Source: an uncultured Lachnospiraceae bacterium (lineage in GTDB: Bacteria; Bacillota; Clostridia; Lachnospirales; Lachnospiraceae). From it: DNA of 64,000 nucleotides. The translations under genes and the position numbers were made by a program. Below the pieces are notes generated by a model. It had not been told where the DNA came from. It made no database searches and worked only from the letters and a program-made list of their open reading frames with translations. The first letter of the stretch is position 1. Each line of letters begins with the position of its first letter. Below, in pieces: positions 10,670-20,299 of this stretch. Location: assembly GCA_910585605.1 (NCBI GenBank), contig CAJUFL010000011.1, positions 3,313-67,312 of the forward strand. The letters are read 5' to 3'.

Positions 10670-10698
10670 TTGCATAATATGCACTTTGGTTGTATATT
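10670..10698 (+). promoter_or_regulatory. argG promoter with overlapping ARG-box-like palindrome
   Basis: TTGCAT (10670-10675), 17-nt spacer, TATATT (10693-10698). The perfect 13-bp palindrome TGCATAATATGCA (10671-10683) overlaps the -35. Confidence 0.45.
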
Positions 10699-10731
10699 AG
10701 TCAGTAGATATTTTGAAGGAGGACTTTTATA

Positions 10732-11943
10732 ATGAAAGAAAAAGTTATTTTAGCTTATTCCGGCGGACTGGATACTACCGCCATCATCCCTTGGCTAAAG
10801 GAGAATTATGATTATGATGTCATCTGTGTGTGCATCGATGTGGGACAGGAAAGTGAATTAGAAGGTCTGGAAGAAAGAGCTATTTCCAGCGGAGCTTCCA
10901 AATGTTATGTATTAGATGTTGTTGACGAATTCTGTGATGATTACATTGTTCCCACCGTGCAGGCTGGTGCCGTATATGAGAATAAATATTTACTGGGTAC
11001 TTCCATGGCAAGACCTTTGATCGGCAAAGTTTTAGTGGATATCGCCCATAAAGAAGGTGCAACCGCTATCTGTCATGGTGCAACCGGCAAGGGTAATGAT
11101 CAGGTTCGTTTTGAACTTGCCATCAAAGCATTCGGACCGGAGCTTAAGATCATTGCAGCATGGAGACAGGATGCCTGGACCATGAATTCCCGCGAAGAAG
11201 AGATCGAATACTGCCGTCAGCATGGTATCAACCTTCCATTCTCCGCAGATTCCTCTTACAGCCGTGACCGTAACTTATGGCATATCAGCCATGAGGGTCT
11301 GGAACTGGAAGACCCTGCTAACGAACCAAACTATGACCATTTATTAGTACTTGGTACATATCCTGAAAAAGCTCCAGATGAAGCGGAATACGTAACCCTT
11401 ACTTTCGAAAAAGGTGTGCCCAAGTCCGTAAATGGCAAAGAAATGAAAGTTTCTGACATTATCCGTGAATTAAACCGCTTAGGCGGCAAACATGGAATCG
11501 GCATTGTGGATATCGTGGAAAACCGCGTAGTGGGAATGAAGTCCCGCGGTGTGTACGAGACTCCCGGTGGAACAATCTTAATGGAAGCCCATGACCAGTT
11601 GGAAGAACTGATTCTGGACCGCGAAACACTGGCATTTAAAAAGACGATTGGAGATAAATTTGCAGATGTGGTTTATGAAGGAAAGTGGTGGTCACCTCTT
11701 CGCGAGGCATTACAGGCATTTGTCACCTCTACACAGGAACGTGTGACCGGTGAGGTTAAATTCAAACTGTACAAAGGCAACATCATCAAAGCCGGTACTA
11801 CCTCTCCGTATTCCCTATATTCCGAGTCACTGGCAAGCTTTACTACCGGAGATCTGTACGACCACAAGGATGCAGAAGGATTTATCAACCTGTTCGGGCT
11901 TTCTACAAAAGTACGTGCAATGCTGGATGCCCAAAATAAATAG
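10732..11943 (+). CDS. argG: Argininosuccinate synthase
   Basis: [12 protein letters not shown]-binding motif, [13 protein letters not shown] and [10 protein letters not shown]. Full length, 403 aa. Confidence 0.97.
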   Translation: MKEKVILAYSGGLDTTAIIPWLKENYDYDVICVCIDVGQESELEGLEERAISSGASKCYVLDVVDEFCDDYIVPTVQAGAVYENKYLLGTSMARPLIGKVLVDIAHKEGATAICHGATGKGNDQVRFELAIKAFGPELKIIAAWRQDAWTMNSREEEIEYCRQHGINLPFSADSSYSRDRNLWHISHEGLELEDPANEPNYDHLLVLGTYPEKAPDEAEYVTLTFEKGVPKSVNGKEMKVSDIIRELNRLGGKHGIGIVDIVENRVVGMKSRGVYETPGGTILMEAHDQLEELILDRETLAFKKTIGDKFADVVYEGKWWSPLREALQAFVTSTQERVTGEVKFKLYKGNIIKAGTTSPYSLYSESLASFTTGDLYDHKDAEGFINLFGLSTKVRAMLDAQNK

Positions 11944-12013
11944 AACAACTGCCAAATTAACATATGAATTTCTATACATTTTCTAAATATGCTATCTTTA
12001 CAAAATAATATTT

Positions 12014-12068
12014 AAAAACCTCAATGTAAAGCATATTAATTCTAAAATATGCTGCTTTGAGGTTTTTT
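12014..12068 (+). terminator. Rho-independent terminator of argG
   Basis: AAAACCTCAA pairs with TTGAGGTTTT, with an inner AGCATAT/ATATGCT stem, followed by a T-run (ggTTTTTTg). Confidence 0.75.
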
Positions 12069-12216
12069 GCTCATTATTCGATGCTACTCCTTTCTGAACA
12101 AATCCCTAATAACTGGTCATTCATCCAAAAAACTGGTTATCTGTCCGAAAAATGATAATTGATAAAAATTTATGATATAATGAATTTACTAATTTCGGAA
12201 GGAAAAGGAGAGCTTT

Positions 12217-13188
12217 ATGAATGAATTTAATGTGAACCCATTTATATTAAAAGAAAAATCCCATAGTTTTGAAGCTATCAGCAACAACATGCGAACCTCT
12301 ACAGACCAAATCCAAAAAATTTCCATGCAATTAAAAATAACTATGAGCTCCAACATTACAAAAAGTCTGAATACTGTAATTGGCAATCTGGATAATGAGA
12401 CAAAAAGCTGTAAACAGCTCTATGATCAATTATTGCAAATAGCGGCAGCTTATGAAAACTATGAACAAAAAATTTGCAATGAATACAAAAATACACAAAA
12501 TAATGATACTCCCCAAAAACATAATGGTAATGAGGAGGAAAAAAACCCTGATGATATGAGCTATGAAGAATATCTGCAATACAGGTACGAAAACGCTGTA
12601 GATGAAAATACAAGAAAGTTATATGAGAAATATATGGATAATATCAATATCAAGGATGATGACTATGAAGATACAGCATTTTATAATCCATTTTGGAATC
12701 ACATAAAGTATAACGCAGAAGATGATGCAGAAAATGTACGCGGAATCGGATGCACATACTACCATGAGACAGGACATTTAATAGATGATCAATCTGATTG
12801 GTTTGGAAATACGTCAACTGACGGCAGCTACGACTTTTATGAAAAATTAAATGAAGATGTGGATAATTATATCAACAATATCATGGAAGAAAAGGGATAT
12901 ACTGACATAGAAGATGCCTATAGTGATTTTTCAAATTGGCTCAACGAAGATGGTAATAATAAGAATGGTGTTTCCGATCTTGTAAATGGGATAACCGACG
13001 GAAAAGCCTGCGGAGGCTGGGGACATGCTGATAATTACTATAATTCAAATTCCATACCTAAGGAAGCTTTCGCACATTTTTTTGAAGCCGGAATGTCCGC
13101 TGATCCTACTAAACTGGATTACATTAAGGAAGTATTCCCCTCTGCGTATGCTGAATACCAAAAAATGATTGAAGATGAATTGAATTAA
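12217..13188 (+). CDS. Putative secreted or polymorphic-toxin-like zinc metallopeptidase (helical WXG100/LXG-like N-domain + HExxH zincin C-domain)
   Basis: Strong RBS (AAAGGAGAG) and no signal peptide. Residues 1-90 are heptad-like and helical. An acidic, low-complexity linker follows. HETGH lies at aa 183-187 (nt 12763-12777) and a later PKEAFAHFFE at aa 281-290. The DNA is very AT-rich. Confidence 0.55.
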   Translation: MNEFNVNPFILKEKSHSFEAISNNMRTSTDQIQKISMQLKITMSSNITKSLNTVIGNLDNETKSCKQLYDQLLQIAAAYENYEQKICNEYKNTQNNDTPQKHNGNEEEKNPDDMSYEEYLQYRYENAVDENTRKLYEKYMDNINIKDDDYEDTAFYNPFWNHIKYNAEDDAENVRGIGCTYYHETGHLIDDQSDWFGNTSTDGSYDFYEKLNEDVDNYINNIMEEKGYTDIEDAYSDFSNWLNEDGNNKNGVSDLVNGITDGKACGGWGHADNYYNSNSIPKEAFAHFFEAGMSADPTKLDYIKEVFPSAYAEYQKMIEDELN

Positions 13189-13203
13189 AGAAAGGGACAA
13201 ATA

Positions 13204-13797
13204 ATGAAAAATTTAAATAATATATTTGAAATTGATTGGACACTGCTCAAAAACGATAAACTTTATGACGGTAAAAGCCTTATATGGGAAGATAATAAAT
13301 TAACGGAAATCAAGGATAAGCTAGATAAAAATAATATCCATGAAGGCAGATTAGGCGAATTTCCGATTAAAAAAGTCAATATCAGCATGGGACTGGATCT
13401 ATTTTTACCAGTTGTTAAGAAAAACAAAGATTTAATAAATACTCACGATATTATTGACACCCCAAAGCTTTATCAGATGTTATCTGAAAATAGAATTCTA
13501 AAGATAGAGCGATTGGAAAACAACGAATATCACACAAAAATCCTTGAGTATAATAATTTGGAATCTATGCAAAATATTTCTACTACAGATAATAAGGAGG
13601 CTCTGCAAATATATGAAGGCATATTAAATACTGAAAAATATGGTGCTATGCTGGGCATTATAACTTTTCTACCCGGAACAAAGGATACTGCATTCAGCTT
13701 TACATATGCAGGAACAGGTAATTATACAGATATAAAAATGGAAAAAGACATTATATTAAAAAGATTAATAAGGAGTATTAAAAAATATGATAAATAA
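13204..13797 (+). CDS. Hypothetical cytoplasmic protein (candidate immunity or partner of the upstream zincin)
   Basis: Starts 15 nt after the upstream stop with an AAAGGGA RBS. I recognise no motif. Same AT-rich composition. Confidence 0.55.
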   Translation: MKNLNNIFEIDWTLLKNDKLYDGKSLIWEDNKLTEIKDKLDKNNIHEGRLGEFPIKKVNISMGLDLFLPVVKKNKDLINTHDIIDTPKLYQMLSENRILKIERLENNEYHTKILEYNNLESMQNISTTDNKEALQIYEGILNTEKYGAMLGIITFLPGTKDTAFSFTYAGTGNYTDIKMEKDIILKRLIRSIKKYDK

Positions 13798-14245
13798 GAA
13801 AAAGACTTTTATCAAATGGGTATTTTTTTTCCTACTTATTTTGATGATCAGCGGATGTCAATCTGATAAAGAAACCAGTTTAAAAAACATAGGAGAATTA
13901 AAAAAAATAACAGTAACCTTAAAAGATAAAGCAGATATTACATATACTGTAACAATAGACTTAAAAAAACAAACAAAAACGCTATACAAATTTACCAAAA
14001 ATACAGAAGAAACCACAGAAATTTTTCCCGTAAGTGATGACTTTTTACTATTTATTAAAGAAAACCTCTTGACGGAATTAACTAACTCCTCTAAAAATAA
14101 CCAGTCCTCGGATACATTACCTGTATTATGGAGAATAGAGATTAGAACAGAAGAAGAAAATTATCATATTAACGGATATGATGAATTTCCTTCCTATTGG
14201 GAGACACTATTAAATTATATGGATATATCTCTTGATTCCCTTTAA
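13787..14245 (+). CDS. Hypothetical lipoprotein
   Basis: Overlaps the upstream ORF by 11 nt. Signal plus lipobox: KWVFFFLLILMISGCQS. An AAGGAG lies upstream. Confidence 0.6.
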   Translation: MINKKKTFIKWVFFFLLILMISGCQSDKETSLKNIGELKKITVTLKDKADITYTVTIDLKKQTKTLYKFTKNTEETTEIFPVSDDFLLFIKENLLTELTNSSKNNQSSDTLPVLWRIEIRTEEENYHINGYDEFPSYWETLLNYMDISLDSL

Positions 14246-14256
14246 TTATTTATCCC

Positions 14257-16038
14257 TTACAAAGCTTGCTCTGGCAGAATTACTGTTACCTGTGTTCCCT
14301 TACCAGGCTCACTCTCTACCTGAATCTCTCCATGATGCATCAGGACAACATGCTTGACAATGGATAATCCAAGACCGGTTCCGCCCGCTGATCTGGAATG
14401 GCTCTTGTCCACCCTGTAAAACCGTTCAAAAATTCTGTCGGTTTCTTCTGCCGGAATACCGATACCGGTATCTTTCACAGAAATAATAATTTTATGCGTA
14501 TCATCTATTTCCTTTTTGTAAAACGCGAGTATAACTGTTCCACCCGCATGATTATATTTAATCCCGTTATCACAAAGATTATATAAAACCTCCTCTATCA
14601 TGGAGGGTATGCCTTCCATCACAACATCCTCTCCTGTAATCTGAACAGATACATTTCCTGTCCTTCCAGAAAGACTTAACCGCTCTATCACCTGCTTAGC
14701 CAGGTCTTTGAGATTAATTTTTTGTGTATGGCAGGATAGGTGTCCTTCGTCTAATTTAGATAAAAATATAATATCATTTATCAGTTCTATCAGTCTGCCT
14801 GCTTCTTCATAGATATTTCTTGCAAATCCGGGAATGTCTTCCGTTTTTACTATCCCGTTCATGATGATCTCTGCCACACCCGATATAGAAGTCAATGGTG
14901 TCTTTAATTCATGTGACACATTAGAAGTAAATTCCCTTCGAAGCTGTTCTCTTTTTTCTTTTTCTGTTTCATCCAGAACGATGATAACTGCTCCTGCCAC
15001 CTGTTTTTCCTGTTTATTTCCCATTGATGCCAATATTTCTTCTGTTATCCCATCTTCTTTGGTATCCTCTAACAGAATCGGGTTGGAAAAAATATGAAAA
15101 ACTTTACCCCTGGTCTTTCGTATTTTCTGATTTCTCGCACCCTTTAAAGCTTCCTCTAAAGCCTCTTTAAGCACACCACTCCTGTCAAAATCAGCTGCAT
15201 GTTTTCCTGTATAATCTATGTCCTTAGAACCCTCAAAAAGTTCTACTACCGCCGGATTATAGGATAACACATTCCCCTTTTTATCCAATACAAGAAATCC
15301 CTCATTCATATGCTCTGTAAGAGCCTGAAATTTTGCCTGCTGATTCTTAAGATCTTCTATCTGCCGGTCGATCAGAATATTCTGTTTCCGTATCCTCCTT
15401 AGAAGAGGAACGAGTTCCTCGTATTCCTCATCCATTTCACCATACAATAAATCCATATTATTGATAGGTTCTACTATACTTTTTGCTGCCCGCTTAGACA
15501 TAAAATAAGATAAAATGATGATCAGAAAAATTAAAAAGGCTGTCGGCTGAAGCATTGCCAGCACAATAGCCAATATTGTGTTATAGGCACTGGATATCCG
15601 GAGCACCGTACCGTCTGTTAACTCCACTGCGTAATAGAGAGTCTGTTCATCTAATGTACCGGAATACCGCACGGTATACCCTTCTCCGTTCTCCAGTGCC
15701 TTTTTTATCTCTTTTCTGTTTTTATGGTTCTCCATACTTTTTGCATCTACATCTGAATCAAACAATACATCACCTGTTTTATCAATCCAGGTAATCCGTT
15801 TTTTATGTTCACCGGCTCCACTGGTTCTTTGCTTCATAAGCATATATCGGTTAAAATTGATAAGATATTCTTCCCCTGCATAATCAATACCATATGCAAT
15901 ATACTCCGCTTCTGTCTTAAGTTCTGCCTTTATCTGATGTTCAAAATAATCATATAAGATACCCACTATTATTAAATAAGAAACAAATAATGTTACCATG
16001 GACACCCAGAATGTATTTTTAAATATACGTTTTATCAT
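14257..16038 (-). CDS. PhoR-like sensor histidine kinase (TM, PAS, HisKA, HATPase_c)
   Basis: H-box SNVSHELKTPLTSI, N-box NLCDNGIKYN, G-boxes KDTGIGIP and GGTGLGLSI. A PAS-like segment is present (LTEHMNEGFLVLDKKGNVLSYN). Confidence 0.88.
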   Translation of the reverse strand: MIKRIFKNTFWVSMVTLFVSYLIIVGILYDYFEHQIKAELKTEAEYIAYGIDYAGEEYLINFNRYMLMKQRTSGAGEHKKRITWIDKTGDVLFDSDVDAKSMENHKNRKEIKKALENGEGYTVRYSGTLDEQTLYYAVELTDGTVLRISSAYNTILAIVLAMLQPTAFLIFLIIILSYFMSKRAAKSIVEPINNMDLLYGEMDEEYEELVPLLRRIRKQNILIDRQIEDLKNQQAKFQALTEHMNEGFLVLDKKGNVLSYNPAVVELFEGSKDIDYTGKHAADFDRSGVLKEALEEALKGARNQKIRKTRGKVFHIFSNPILLEDTKEDGITEEILASMGNKQEKQVAGAVIIVLDETEKEKREQLRREFTSNVSHELKTPLTSISGVAEIIMNGIVKTEDIPGFARNIYEEAGRLIELINDIIFLSKLDEGHLSCHTQKINLKDLAKQVIERLSLSGRTGNVSVQITGEDVVMEGIPSMIEEVLYNLCDNGIKYNHAGGTVILAFYKKEIDDTHKIIISVKDTGIGIPAEETDRIFERFYRVDKSHSRSAGGTGLGLSIVKHVVLMHHGEIQVESEPGKGTQVTVILPEQAL

Positions 16039-16088
16039 AGTACCACCTGTTTTTGAAATGATGAAACCATATCAAAATAGTTTCTTTG

Positions 16089-16769
16089 TCATACAGGATT
16101 TCCCAGTTTATAACCAAATCCCCTGACTGTTTCGATCAGACTTCCTGCCTCCCCTAGTTTCTGCCTCAACGTCCTTACATGCACATCTACCGTCCTGCTT
16201 TCTCCATCAAAATCATATCCCCATATCGACTGCAATAACTGGTCTCTGGAAAATACCGTTCCCTGATTCTGAATCAATAAAGATAACAGTTCAAATTCTT
16301 TGTAAGTAAGAGTCCCAATTTCTTTCCCTCTGACTTTTACGATATGCTTGGAAATACATACATAAAGCATTGCCACTGTATAAATATCTCCTTTTTCTTC
16401 CTCCTGACTGCTTCTTCTTAATAATGCCCGGATTCTGGATATCAATTCCATCATGCTGAATGGTTTTGCTACATAATCATCTGCGCCCGAATCCAGTCCC
16501 AGTACCTTATCGTATTCTGTTCCCTTTGCTGTCAGCAAGATAACAGGCAGCCGCTTTGTATCGTTACAGCTCCTAAGCTTTCTTAAAATCTCCATTCCGT
16601 CTTCTTCCGGAAGCATAATGTCCAACAATAACAAATCCGGTATCTGTTCCTCCATCCCTTTCCAGAATGCACCGGGATATTCAAAGCCTTCTGCTTCAAA
16701 CCCTGTATTTTTCAATGTATATAATACAAAATTCCTAATACTGTCATCATCCTCTAATAAATATATCAT
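16089..16769 (-). CDS. OmpR/PhoB-family response regulator
   Basis: Start moved to ATG 16769 (MIYLLEDDD...), which has an AGGAGA RBS. Receiver domain (LLLDIMLP, LLTAKG) plus winged helix (IWGYDFDGESRTVDVHVRTLRQKL). Confidence 0.9.
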   Translation of the reverse strand: MIYLLEDDDSIRNFVLYTLKNTGFEAEGFEYPGAFWKGMEEQIPDLLLLDIMLPEEDGMEILRKLRSCNDTKRLPVILLTAKGTEYDKVLGLDSGADDYVAKPFSMMELISRIRALLRRSSQEEEKGDIYTVAMLYVCISKHIVKVRGKEIGTLTYKEFELLSLLIQNQGTVFSRDQLLQSIWGYDFDGESRTVDVHVRTLRQKLGEAGSLIETVRGFGYKLGNPV

Positions 16770-17020
16770 ACAGTCTCTCCTACTATTTACCTGATTATGC
16801 AGAATAATTTTATCTGCCATGTACAAAACCCAGATATTTTCATCATAAGCATATTGTATAATACTGGAAAGTATATTACAAACAATAGATTGTTAAATAT
16901 ACGTTAAATCATCTTTTATTTTTAATGTTTTTATAATTTCAGATATGAGCCTTACTGAAATTACCGACCTGCGTACAGCCGCCATATATAGATAAGCTTA
17001 TACCTTCTGTGCACAATAAC

Positions 17021-17055
17021 AAGCGGTAAAATCCGCCTAAAAGATTTTACCGCTT
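17021..17055 (-). terminator. Hairpin terminator downstream of nadC
   Basis: AAGCGGTAAAATC (17021-17033) pairs perfectly with GATTTTACCGCTT (17043-17055), a 13-bp stem about 60 nt after the nadC stop. The U-tract is weak. Confidence 0.5.
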
Positions 17056-17115
17056 TCCTATATCCTCTTCCACCCTCCGTAAAAGTGAATACTATATACC
17101 ATTTACTGTCTGTTC

Positions 17116-17967
17116 TCAGGATAATTTATGCAGGTTTTTAAGTGATAGATCAAGAATAGGGGCTGAATGCGTCAGTGCACCGGAAGAAACATAATCCACC
17201 CCGATATCAATCAAATCCGCTGCATTTTCCTTCGTCACATTCCCGGAACACTCTGTCTCTGCTCTGCCATTAATCATCCGAACTGCCTCTTTCATGGTTT
17301 CTTTATCCATATTATCTAACATGATAATGTCAGCACCTGCTTCTACCGCCTCCCTCACCATATCAAGATTTTCAACCTCTACTTCTATCTTGTGCACAAA
17401 CGGAGCATATTCTTTTGCCATCTTAACTGCCTTTGCAACACCTCCTGCTGCTCCGATATGATTGTCCTTTAACAAAATACCATCGGACAGGTTGAAGCGA
17501 TGATTATAACCGCCACCTACTTTCACTGCATATTTTTCAAATATACGCATATTGGGTGTGGTCTTTCTTGTATCTAAAAGCTTTGTCTTACTTCCCTCAA
17601 ACAATATAGCAATAGAACGGGTATAGGTAGCAATCCCACTCATTCTCTGTAAATAATTAAGCGCTGTTCGCTCTCCCTCTAACAAAACACGGATATCTCC
17701 CCGTATCTGTCCCAAATGCTGTCCATTTTTTATTTGGTCTCCGTCCTGTACCTGCATTTTAAAAACCGTATTCTCATCCAACAATGTAAATACCCGCTGA
17801 AACACTTCCAATCCTGCTAACACACCATCCTGCTTACATATCAGATCCACTTCCCCTAACTGATAGGAACGCATAACCGAATTTGTGGTAATATCCTCGC
17901 TGGTAATATCTTCCCTTAATGCCTGCAAAATAAGATGATCTACATTTAAATCCATTAACTCTCTCAT
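17116..17967 (-). CDS. nadC: Nicotinate-nucleotide pyrophosphorylase (quinolinate phosphoribosyltransferase)
   Basis: QPRTase length and motifs (LLDTRKTTPNMR, LLKDNHI, IMLDNM). The start overlaps the nadB stop by 4 nt. Confidence 0.94.
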   Translation of the reverse strand: MRELMDLNVDHLILQALREDITSEDITTNSVMRSYQLGEVDLICKQDGVLAGLEVFQRVFTLLDENTVFKMQVQDGDQIKNGQHLGQIRGDIRVLLEGERTALNYLQRMSGIATYTRSIAILFEGSKTKLLDTRKTTPNMRIFEKYAVKVGGGYNHRFNLSDGILLKDNHIGAAGGVAKAVKMAKEYAPFVHKIEVEVENLDMVREAVEAGADIIMLDNMDKETMKEAVRMINGRAETECSGNVTKENAADLIDIGVDYVSSGALTHSAPILDLSLKNLHKLS

Positions 17968-19286
17968 GTATTCTTTTCCTCTCTGCCTTTTCGTGCTTCC
18001 TCTATTTTTTCTTTCACCCGGTTATGGTATTCTTGTGAATATTCCTGATATGGTTTATGGAGAACTTGACCATTTTCCATTTTCTTCTCAAAATAACTTC
18101 CGTATTCTTCCCACCTAACCGGTTCATATTGTTTTCCAATCTTACAAGCCGCCCTTTTTGCCCAGACAAGACTTTCCAATAATGAATTACTCGCCAGACG
18201 GTTTGCACCATGCACCCCATTACATGCCGTCTCTCCGGCAGCAAATAACCGCTCCATCGACGTCCTGCCATCAGCATCTACCTTTACACCTCCCATAAAA
18301 TAGTGCTGTGCTGGAACGACCGGAACAGGCTCCTTTGTAATATCATAACCCTCTTCCATGCACCGTTTATATATGTTTGGAAATCTTTTGATAATATCCT
18401 GTGCCGGCATATTTCCCAGAGAAAGAAGCACATGATCCGTACCATCCTTCTCCATCTGTTCTTTAATCCGTTTTGTCAGTATATCCCTTGGAAGCAATTC
18501 ATCTACAAACCGTTCCCCATTCTTATCCAGCAAAACAGCACCTTCTCCCCTGACAGATTCTGAAATCAGAAATCTTTTTCCCGGCTTTTTAGAATACAAC
18601 GTTGTAGGATGAATCTGTACATAATCCACATTTAATAAATCAATCTCATGATTTAAAGAAATTGCCAATGCATCTCCGGTCAAATGTCTGAAATTAGTAG
18701 AATGCTTATACAATCCGCCAATCCCACCACAGGTCCATACAGTATAATCACTAAATATCTCTGTAACGGTTCCGTCTTCTAACTCTGCCACAATACCATA
18801 ACAGATATTTTCTTTTTCCAATATATCTATCATAGTCGTATGGGAAAATATTGTAATATTCGGACGTTTTTGTACCTGCATGAGCAGCTTCTCCGTAATC
18901 TCTTTTCCTGTCAGATCCTCATGATATAAAATTCTAGAGGCTGTATGCCCTCCTTCTCTCGTAAACAGAAACTCTCCATACTTTCTCTCAAAATCTACGC
19001 CAAAATCTACTAATTCTCTTATAATGTCCTGAGAAGACCGAATCATAATCTCAACAGATTCCCTGTTATTCTCATAATGTCCTGCCCGTATGGTATCTTC
19101 AAAATAAACAGCATAATCATCTTCATTTTTCAACACGCATATGCCGCCCTGGGCAAGATAAGAATCACTTTCTTCCAAATCTGCTTTTGTGATCATCACA
19201 ATCTGTTTATCTTCAGGTAAATGCAGTGCCGCAAACAATCCTGCTACACCAGTTCCCACAATCATAATATCATATTGTTTTTTCAT
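17964..19286 (-). CDS. nadB: L-aspartate oxidase
   Basis: Start set at ATG 19286 (MKKQYDIMIVGTGVAGL, FAD dinucleotide fold) with an AAGAGGA RBS. The longer track ORF would overlap nadA. Contains a succinate-dehydrogenase/fumarate-reductase-type flavoprotein core. Confidence 0.92.
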   Translation of the reverse strand: MKKQYDIMIVGTGVAGLFAALHLPEDKQIVMITKADLEESDSYLAQGGICVLKNEDDYAVYFEDTIRAGHYENNRESVEIMIRSSQDIIRELVDFGVDFERKYGEFLFTREGGHTASRILYHEDLTGKEITEKLLMQVQKRPNITIFSHTTMIDILEKENICYGIVAELEDGTVTEIFSDYTVWTCGGIGGLYKHSTNFRHLTGDALAISLNHEIDLLNVDYVQIHPTTLYSKKPGKRFLISESVRGEGAVLLDKNGERFVDELLPRDILTKRIKEQMEKDGTDHVLLSLGNMPAQDIIKRFPNIYKRCMEEGYDITKEPVPVVPAQHYFMGGVKVDADGRTSMERLFAAGETACNGVHGANRLASNSLLESLVWAKRAACKIGKQYEPVRWEEYGSYFEKKMENGQVLHKPYQEYSQEYHNRVKEKIEEARKGREEKNT

Positions 19287-19324
19287 CTTAAGTCCTCTTA
19301 ATACACATAATCCTCCGCAAAGAA

Positions 19325-20233
19325 TTACCTGTTTCCTAACTCCAGCATGCGATTTAGTGAATGATTTGCCCCCTTGCACACCTCATCACTTACATTCACC
19401 TCATAGTCCGTATCCTGCAATGCTTTCAGCACCTTATCCACTGTAATCTTCTTCATATCCTCACAAATCATATGTCCGCCTGCTGGATAAAACATTTTAT
19501 CAGGATTCTTTTTCTTCAGTTCGTAAAAAACACCCTTTTCCGTACCGATAATGAACTCTTTGTTATCGGAAGCGGTTGCATACTCAATAATGCCACTGGT
19601 AGAACCTATGTAATCTGCCAGGGCAAGTACATTGCTCTGACATTCTGGATGTACCAGAAATTCTGCCTCAGGATATCTTCTCTTTTCTTCAGTTACTTCC
19701 TCCACCGTCAATTGATGATGAATTGGACAAAATCCGTCATTAAAGATAAATTTCTTTTCGGGCACCTGTCCTGCTACATATCTGCCAAGATTCCCGTCCG
19801 GAATAAAAAATATATTCTTGTTTGGCAATGCTTTAACAATCTTTACTGCATTTGCAGAAGTAACACAAACATCTGCATGTACTTTTAACTCTGCTGTAGA
19901 ATTGATATAACAAACCACTGCTACATCCTCATACTGTGCCCTGATCTGTTTAATCTTATCTACTGCCGCCATATGTGCCATCGGACAATCAGCCGTTTCA
20001 TCCGGCATGATAACTGTTTTTTCGGGATTCAAAATCTTAGCACTTTCTCCCATAAAAGAAACACCGCAAAACACGACCATATCTGCTTCAAGATCTACCG
20101 CCACCTTGCTAAGATAAAAGGAATCTCCAATATAATCTGCAATTTCCTGTACTTCATCAGGTACATAGTAATGTGCTAAAATCACCGCATTCTTTTCTTT
20201 TTTTAATTCTAAAATCCTGGCCTTTTTATCCAT
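19325..20233 (-). CDS. nadA: Quinolinate synthase
   Basis: 302 aa, type-II NadA-like sequence (AHYYV..EVQ..AD.IGDS, VHPEC) with conserved Cys residues. It sits upstream of nadB-nadC. Confidence 0.94.
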   Translation of the reverse strand: MDKKARILELKKEKNAVILAHYYVPDEVQEIADYIGDSFYLSKVAVDLEADMVVFCGVSFMGESAKILNPEKTVIMPDETADCPMAHMAAVDKIKQIRAQYEDVAVVCYINSTAELKVHADVCVTSANAVKIVKALPNKNIFFIPDGNLGRYVAGQVPEKKFIFNDGFCPIHHQLTVEEVTEEKRRYPEAEFLVHPECQSNVLALADYIGSTSGIIEYATASDNKEFIIGTEKGVFYELKKKNPDKMFYPAGGHMICEDMKKITVDKVLKALQDTDYEVNVSDEVCKGANHSLNRMLELGNR

Positions 20234-20299
20234 ATAATCTCCTATTTCCTGCCATAAACAGAAAATCTTGTATTATTTTATCTCATAGTGATAAAATCC

